Positions 36,117 through 41,114 of a stretch of DNA of 41,114 nucleotides are shown piece by piece. The notes beneath the pieces are model-generated. The model worked only from the letters and a program-made list of their open reading frames with translations, searched no databases and was not told the DNA's origin. Position 1 is the first letter of the stretch, and the number at the start of each line of letters is the position of its first letter. Source of the DNA: Acetobacteraceae bacterium (GTDB lineage: Bacteria; Pseudomonadota; Alphaproteobacteria; Acetobacterales; Acetobacteraceae); contig JAYWAX010000119.1 in NCBI GenBank assembly GCA_043782125.1, positions 1-41,114 of the forward strand, read 5' to 3'. The position numbers were made by a program, and so were the translations under genes.

Positions 36117-37112
36117 TCATATCTGCGATTTGGCCCGGCGCTGGTCCACCTGCTCGATATGCGATTTACGCCATTCGATCAGCCTGGTCAGGCCTTCGTC
36201 CAGGTCGATGCGGGCTTCGAAACCGATCTCCTTTTTGGCGCGAACCGGGGAGCCGATGCGGTTCCGCACCAGGGTGGCCTGACTACGCGGCGCGTAGTTG
36301 ATCGGCTGGTTAGAGCCGGTGAGGCTCAGCAGCTTCTCCGCGAGTTCCTTAAGCGAGGTACGGGTGCCGGTGCCAACGTTATAACATTGATCCGTTACGG
36401 TGGACGCCATGGCGCAGAGGTTTGAGCGCGCGCAGTCCTCTACCGCCACGAAATCGAAGGCTTCGGATCCATCGCCCATGATGGTCGGGCCCTCGCCGCG
36501 GTCGATGGCGTCGAGCATCTTCATGATGACGGCGATATAGGCGCCGCGATAATCCTGACGCGGGCCGTAAACGTTCATGTATCGGAGGCCGACGTAATCC
36601 AGGCCGTAGCGATAGTGGTAGGCGCGGGCCATGGCCTCGCCGCAAATCTTGGTGGCGCCGTAGAAATTTTTGTTGTTGAACGGATGATCCTCGGTCATCG
36701 GTTCCTCCACGGCATCGCCGTAAACCGAGGCGGACGAAGACCAAACGAGGCGTTTCACGCCAGCGCGGACGCAACCGTCGAGCACGTTGAACATGCCCTT
36801 GACGTTCACCTCGAACGCGGTCCGGGGGTATTCGTGACATTGCAACAGCCACAGCGCGGCAAACTGCATCACGCCGTCGGCGCCTTTCAGTGCGGCATCG
36901 AGAACGTCGGTCTGGGTGATATCGCCACCGGCCTCGAAGATCTTGACCCGCGGGTCTTTCAGCGCGGTGGCGAGGTTTTCGGGCGTGCCACGGACGAAAT
37001 TGTCGTAAATTACGACCTCGCCGACATCGGTCCGGGTCAATTGATCGACCGCGTGGGACCCGATCAGACCAGCTCCGCCGATGACGACAACGCGCTTTCC
37101 ACTAACGTCCAC
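36117..37112 (-). CDS. Extended SDR NAD-dependent nucleotide-sugar epimerase/dehydratase
   Basis: 'GGAGLIGSH', 'SSSASVYG', 'YGATK', 'LRYMNVYGPRQ'. GTG at 37112 follows AAGGA; 37157 is an alternative start. Confidence 0.92.
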   Translation of the reverse strand: MDVSGKRVVVIGGAGLIGSHAVDQLTRTDVGEVVIYDNFVRGTPENLATALKDPRVKIFEAGGDITQTDVLDAALKGADGVMQFAALWLLQCHEYPRTAFEVNVKGMFNVLDGCVRAGVKRLVWSSSASVYGDAVEEPMTEDHPFNNKNFYGATKICGEAMARAYHYRYGLDYVGLRYMNVYGPRQDYRGAYIAVIMKMLDAIDRGEGPTIMGDGSEAFDFVAVEDCARSNLCAMASTVTDQCYNVGTGTRTSLKELAEKLLSLTGSNQPINYAPRSQATLVRNRIGSPVRAKKEIGFEARIDLDEGLTRLIEWRKSHIEQVDQRRAKSQI

Positions 37113-37400
37113 GGCTTGTTCCTTTTCCTGTTGTCCGGATCGTCCAGGCTCCGTCACCCTGTCAGGCCAGGGAACCCCCGGGTGAAGTCAGACCTCCGAA
37201 CCGAGACTATCATGGCGAGGCCTCCGCAGCCACGTGTCCCAGGCCGCTTAGCCTGGCGGATGCCGCGGCGCAATATGGGCGTCCCGAGGCGACGGCCGAT
37301 CGCAACGCGTTTCAGGTGGAACGTTCCCCTGGACGTTCGACGGGCGGTCCGGTAGGCATCCGGCGGGCTTGCACTCTTACATACGACGAGGAATCGAGTT

Positions 37401-38525
37401 TTGCGCGCCAACGTCCTTTCCGAACTGACGCCGGAGCTGTTCGGCGGATCGACCCCTCAGCTGGAAACCTATCTCATGGATGGCGACCATGTAATGGAAG
37501 GTGCGCTCCGGTGGGGCGATGGGCTTTGGGCGCCGATCGTCGATGGGGTGCCGTCGTTTTTGACCGGCGTCATGCGGGCCGACCTGACGGGTTTCGCGGC
37601 GCGGCACGGGTTGCCTTGGCACGAAACTCAGGCACGGGCGGACGCTGCGGATCAGGCGAAAACCAACGAAACCTTTTCCGACAAATGGCGGCGCTTTCGC
37701 AATTATGGTCTGGAACCCGATCATCACGCGTTTTTGTTCGATTGGTATTGTAAAAAACTGGGCGTGGCGACCTTGGACGACCTGCGCGCGTTTTATCGTG
37801 GACGGCGTCGGATTCTCGAATGCGGTCCAGGTTCCGGATTCAATACGAAATTCATGGCCGAAAACAGCCTCGGACAGGTTTTCGCGCTGGATATTTCGGC
37901 CGCGGCGATAACGACTTTCGAGAATACAAGGCATTTGCGGAATTGTGCAGTCGTCCAGGCGGATCTGATGGACGCTCCATTCCCAGACGAAAGTTTTGAC
38001 TTCATCATCGCCGACGGCGTTCTGCACCACACGCCCGATACACGCGCAGCAGTGGCGGCTTTGTGGCGGAAGCTGGCGCCTGGCGGCCAGTTTTTCTTCT
38101 ATGTTTACCGGAAAATGGGACCGTCGCGCGTTTTCGCGGATACGCACATCCGCGAAAATTTCATGCCGCTCAGCCCGGAAGATTGTTACGCAGCCTGCGA
38201 GGGGCTTACCGATCTTGGGCGTGAGTTGTCGCGGTTGAACGCGACTATCACTCTGGACAAGTCCATTCCAGTGCTGGGTATCCCGGCGGGGACGCACAGC
38301 GTGCAGCGATTGATTTATTACAATTTCCTAAAGTGCTTCTGGAACGACGCGTTCGATTACGAAACCAACAACATGGTGAATTTCGACTGGTACCATCCGC
38401 ACAACGCCTGGCAGCACACCCAGGAAGAGGTCGAGTCGTGGCTGGTGGATTTGAAGGCATCGGAATGGCGGTTCAATGACGCCAACCCGAATGGCATTTC
38501 CGTGCTCGCGACCAAACCGGCGTAG
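37401..38525 (+). CDS. Class I SAM-dependent methyltransferase with Trm112-like N-terminal segment
   Basis: GAGGA RBS with TTG start. 'ILECGPGSG', 'ALDIS', 'VQADL..PFPDESFDFIIADGVLHHTPD', 'LAPGG'. Confidence 0.9.
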   Translation: MRANVLSELTPELFGGSTPQLETYLMDGDHVMEGALRWGDGLWAPIVDGVPSFLTGVMRADLTGFAARHGLPWHETQARADAADQAKTNETFSDKWRRFRNYGLEPDHHAFLFDWYCKKLGVATLDDLRAFYRGRRRILECGPGSGFNTKFMAENSLGQVFALDISAAAITTFENTRHLRNCAVVQADLMDAPFPDESFDFIIADGVLHHTPDTRAAVAALWRKLAPGGQFFFYVYRKMGPSRVFADTHIRENFMPLSPEDCYAACEGLTDLGRELSRLNATITLDKSIPVLGIPAGTHSVQRLIYYNFLKCFWNDAFDYETNNMVNFDWYHPHNAWQHTQEEVESWLVDLKASEWRFNDANPNGISVLATKPA

Positions 38526-38532
38526 GCGTGCG

Positions 38533-39396
38533 ATGCATATCCTCGTCACTGGCGCCACTGGTTTCGTGGGGCAGGCCTTGGTTCGATATCTGATTGCCCA
38601 AGGCCACCGGGTAACCGCGCTGGTTCGGCCCGGCGGCAAGGTAGCGGGAGCTGAGACGGTCGAGCATACACTGGGATCCGGCAACGTGCCGCGCCTGCCC
38701 GACGGAGTAGACGCGGTCGCGCATCTGGCGCAATCACGCGCCTACCGCCGGTTCCCCGAAGACGCCGGCGAGATGTTCCGGGTCAATGTCGCGGGCACAC
38801 AGGAAGTCCTGGACGCCGCCGCCGCCGCCGGGGTGTCAACGTTCTGTCTGGTGTCTACCGGGAGCGTCTACGAACCCGGCATTGCACCGCTGGCCGAGGA
38901 CGCGGCGACGGCGCCCGTGTCCTATCACGGCGCCAGCAAGCTCGCGGGGGAGGTGTTGGCACGGCCATTTTCCCGGCTGTTCGCTCTGTCGGTGCTCCGG
39001 TTGTTCGCGCCCTACGGCCCGGGCCAGACCGGGAGACTGGTGCCAGACCTGGTTGCCCGCGTCAGGGAGGGGCGGGCGGTCTCGTTGCCGGAACGGGGCA
39101 ACGGGATGCGGTTTACCCCAACTCACGTCGACGACATCTGCCCTGTGATCGGACGGGCGCTGATGGAAGGCTGGCGGGAGATTCTCAATGTGGCCGCGCC
39201 GTCTACCATAACAGTCGCCGAGGCATCGTGGGCGATCGCCGACCTTCTCGGGCGGCAGGTGAAGATCGAGCGGCGGGCCATGGATGCCCCCTCGTTCGTG
39301 CCGAACCTGACGCGCCTGGCCATGCTGCATCCGTTGAGCCGGTTCCGCGATTTCGCGACGGGCATCGGGGACACCCTGACGGCCGAGGCCCATTAG
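38533..39396 (+). CDS. SDR-family NAD(P)-dependent epimerase/reductase-like protein (catalytic Tyr replaced by His)
   Basis: 'ILVTGATGFVG', 'HLA', 'VNVAGT', 'VSTGSVY', 'SYHGASK', 'LRLFAPYGPGQ'. Confidence 0.88.
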   Translation: MHILVTGATGFVGQALVRYLIAQGHRVTALVRPGGKVAGAETVEHTLGSGNVPRLPDGVDAVAHLAQSRAYRRFPEDAGEMFRVNVAGTQEVLDAAAAAGVSTFCLVSTGSVYEPGIAPLAEDAATAPVSYHGASKLAGEVLARPFSRLFALSVLRLFAPYGPGQTGRLVPDLVARVREGRAVSLPERGNGMRFTPTHVDDICPVIGRALMEGWREILNVAAPSTITVAEASWAIADLLGRQVKIERRAMDAPSFVPNLTRLAMLHPLSRFRDFATGIGDTLTAEAH

Positions 39397-39524
39397 CATC
39401 GAATAGAACATGGTAAATTCGCGCGGACCGGGGATGCTGCGATGACATGGGCAACGCACGGATTACACAAAAGAAGCCTGTGATGAGGGACGGGTTCCCG
39501 CGTTTTGTATCCGGTCGCCTGTCC

Positions 39525-40487
39525 ATGCGGGTATCCTGGCGCGTTTTCACGCTTTGCGCGGGGCTGCTGTGCGTTGCACCGGCCGCGCGGGCCCGGGATT
39601 GGGAAGTTGGTCCAAGCCGCGCGTTGACCACCCCCGCGCAGGCGGCGGCAGTTGTCCAGAACGGTGACCGAGTGGTTTTCGATCCCGGCGTTTACGTGGG
39701 GTGCGCCATCTGGGGCGCGTCGCGGCTGACGCTCGAAGCGCGGCCGGTTCCGCCGGGTATGAAGCAAACGGTGATGACACAGGCGATCGTCACCGGTCCG
39801 GCGTGCGCCGACCGGGCGCTGTTCATGTTTTTGGGGAATGACATCGTGGTGCGAGGTCTGGTGTTCCTGCGGGCGCGGGACACCCAGCACAACGGCGCGG
39901 GCATCCTGATGGAGGGCGCGAACCTCACGGTTGAAGGCGCGCTGTTCCAGGACAACGAAAACGGTATCCTGGCGGGCGGTCCGGCGCACAGCGTGGTGCG
40001 CGTGCGCGCGTCGTGGTTCCGCGGTAACGGCGCCTGCCAAGGGCCGTGCGCGCACGCGATCTATGTTGGCGCGGGGATCGCGCGGCTGGAAGTCACAGGC
40101 ACTACGATCATTGACACGCACCTGGGACACGGAATCAAGTCACGGGCGAGATCCACGATCGTGCGCGATTGCCGGATCGAGGACGGACCGACAGGAACGT
40201 CCAGCTACTTGATCGAGCTGCCAAATGGCGGGGAAGCGGAAATCGCCAATAATCGGCTGACGAAGGGCTCGCTCAGCGACAATCGAGACGCGGCGATCTC
40301 ATTTGGAACTCAGAATAACTCGAACCCGACCCCGCGGCTGGAAATTCGCGGCAACCGCTTCGCCAATGAGCTGCCGGAGCGGGTGACCTTCGTGCGCAAC
40401 GGCACCGCGACACCCGCGACGCTGAAGGGAAATATTATCGCCGGACCGGCGGTCGCGCTGACGGGGCCAGGGACAGTGGAACGATAG
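39525..40487 (+). CDS. Secreted right-handed parallel beta-helix protein (pectin lyase-like fold)
   Basis: Signal peptide ending ARA. 'AAAVVQNGDRVVFDPGVY', 'HNGAGILMEGANLTVEGALFQDNENGIL', 'HAIYVG', 'GHGIKSRA', 'SYLIELPNGG'. Confidence 0.82.
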   Translation: MRVSWRVFTLCAGLLCVAPAARARDWEVGPSRALTTPAQAAAVVQNGDRVVFDPGVYVGCAIWGASRLTLEARPVPPGMKQTVMTQAIVTGPACADRALFMFLGNDIVVRGLVFLRARDTQHNGAGILMEGANLTVEGALFQDNENGILAGGPAHSVVRVRASWFRGNGACQGPCAHAIYVGAGIARLEVTGTTIIDTHLGHGIKSRARSTIVRDCRIEDGPTGTSSYLIELPNGGEAEIANNRLTKGSLSDNRDAAISFGTQNNSNPTPRLEIRGNRFANELPERVTFVRNGTATPATLKGNIIAGPAVALTGPGTVER

Positions 40488-40650
40488 CCTGGGGACGGTG
40501 CTCACCGCACAACCCATCGATGGCGTTTTACGGCAAGGCCGTGTCGTGGCCTATGACGGAGACGAGCCCAAAGATAACCGGGCGGCGGTGGTGCGGACGT
40601 CAGGCGTTTGGGTCACTGGCCGTTGTCCGGCCAGGACGATCGCGCGCGCC

Positions 40651-41112
40651 TCAATAACCGCGCGCAATATCGAAGCGGTTCGGCAAGGGGCGTTGCTCGT
40701 GCCATGCCTGGAGATTTTCCAGAAACAGATCCAGGCTGGCCGCGTTATAGGTGGCGGGGTCGTCGGCAGCGGTGTGGGGGCTAACGATCAGGTTTTTCGT
40801 GGTCCAGATACGATGCCCAGGAGGGACGGGCTCGGGGGAGAAAACGTCGAGGATGGCGCCGGAGAGGTGGCCGCCGTCGAGCAGGTCGCACAGGGCGTCC
40901 TGATCGAACAGTTCGCCACGGCCGATATTGGCGATTCCCGCGCCTTTGGGCAGCAGCGACAGGCGCCGCCGGTCCATCAGGCCGCGGGTCGCTGGGGTCA
41001 GCGGGCAGGCCAGAACAAGGAATTTCGTGTCGGGCAGCACTGCGTCCAGGCCGGAGGTGTCGGTGACCGCCGCGCAATGCGGGTGCGGCGCCGGGTTGGC
41101 CCGGATTCCCGT
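40651..41112 (-). CDS. D-isomer-specific 2-hydroxyacid dehydrogenase (5' end outside window)
   Basis: Frame is open to the window end. 'CPLTPATRGL', 'ANIGRG', 'AILDVFSPEP', 'VSPHTA' supply the R/E/H catalytic triad. Confidence 0.92.
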   Translation of the reverse strand, partial: TGIRANPAPHPHCAAVTDTSGLDAVLPDTKFLVLACPLTPATRGLMDRRRLSLLPKGAGIANIGRGELFDQDALCDLLDGGHLSGAILDVFSPEPVPPGHRIWTTKNLIVSPHTAADDPATYNAASLDLFLENLQAWHEQRPLPNRFDIARGY

Positions 41113-41114
41113 CA

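Noticed and set aside
34235-36301. 688-aa + strand ORF, and similar long antisense ORFs (e.g. 4203-5384, 9576-11012, 10952-12151, 23331-24584, 28465-29568, 30701-31843)
   Set aside because: They lie opposite well-supported genes and have no recognisable motifs. Such shadow ORFs are expected in high-GC coding DNA.
37113-37400. ops/JUMPStart element ahead of the polysaccharide operon
   Set aside because: There is no GGCGGTAG match on the operon strand. The nearest similar text (GGCGGTCCGGTAG) is interrupted and on the other strand.
40488-40650. Possible further degenerate REP copy ('GATGGC...CTATGACGGA')
   Set aside because: The similarity is too short and there is no partner arm, so it cannot be supported by eye.

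Overview
High-GC alphaproteobacterial chromosomal window. Gene content suggests Acetobacteraceae or Rhodospirillales; this is an inference. It has four parts. (1) 1-7869: the 3' part of a tightly packed + strand operon: type I secretion MFP (HlyD), a long Sel1-repeat protein, a TPR/degenerate-GT2/GT4 multidomain glycosyltransferase, a protein with ChW-like repeats, and a GT4. This is my best candidate for an undescribed secretion-coupled glycosylation system. (2) 7873-20016: housekeeping and accessory genes: DsbA, a GGT-like lipoprotein, a small Cys-rich secreted protein, a class I aminotransferase, PpsR/DUF299, GT9, an atypical Amt (His-to-Glu) behind a sigma54/NtrC-like promoter, a UbiH-family hydroxylase, an acyltransferase-3, an atypical receiver protein, ppa and a VOC protein. 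(3) Three copies of a nested palindromic REP/MITE-like element (about 8.7-9.0 kb and 20.1-20.5 kb). (4) 20527-40487: a Wzm/Wzt-dependent surface polysaccharide locus with two AsnB-type amidotransferases, five GT-B proteins (two paralog pairs sharing a 'DQ' motif, two carrying 4-Cys clusters, one fused to an acetyltransferase), a DegT aminotransferase, two SDRs (one with catalytic Tyr replaced by His), a methyltransferase and a secreted beta-helix protein. The window ends in a partial D-2-hydroxyacid dehydrogenase. I saw no rRNA, tRNA, CRISPR array or transposase. All calls come from reading motifs by eye; no database searches were run.
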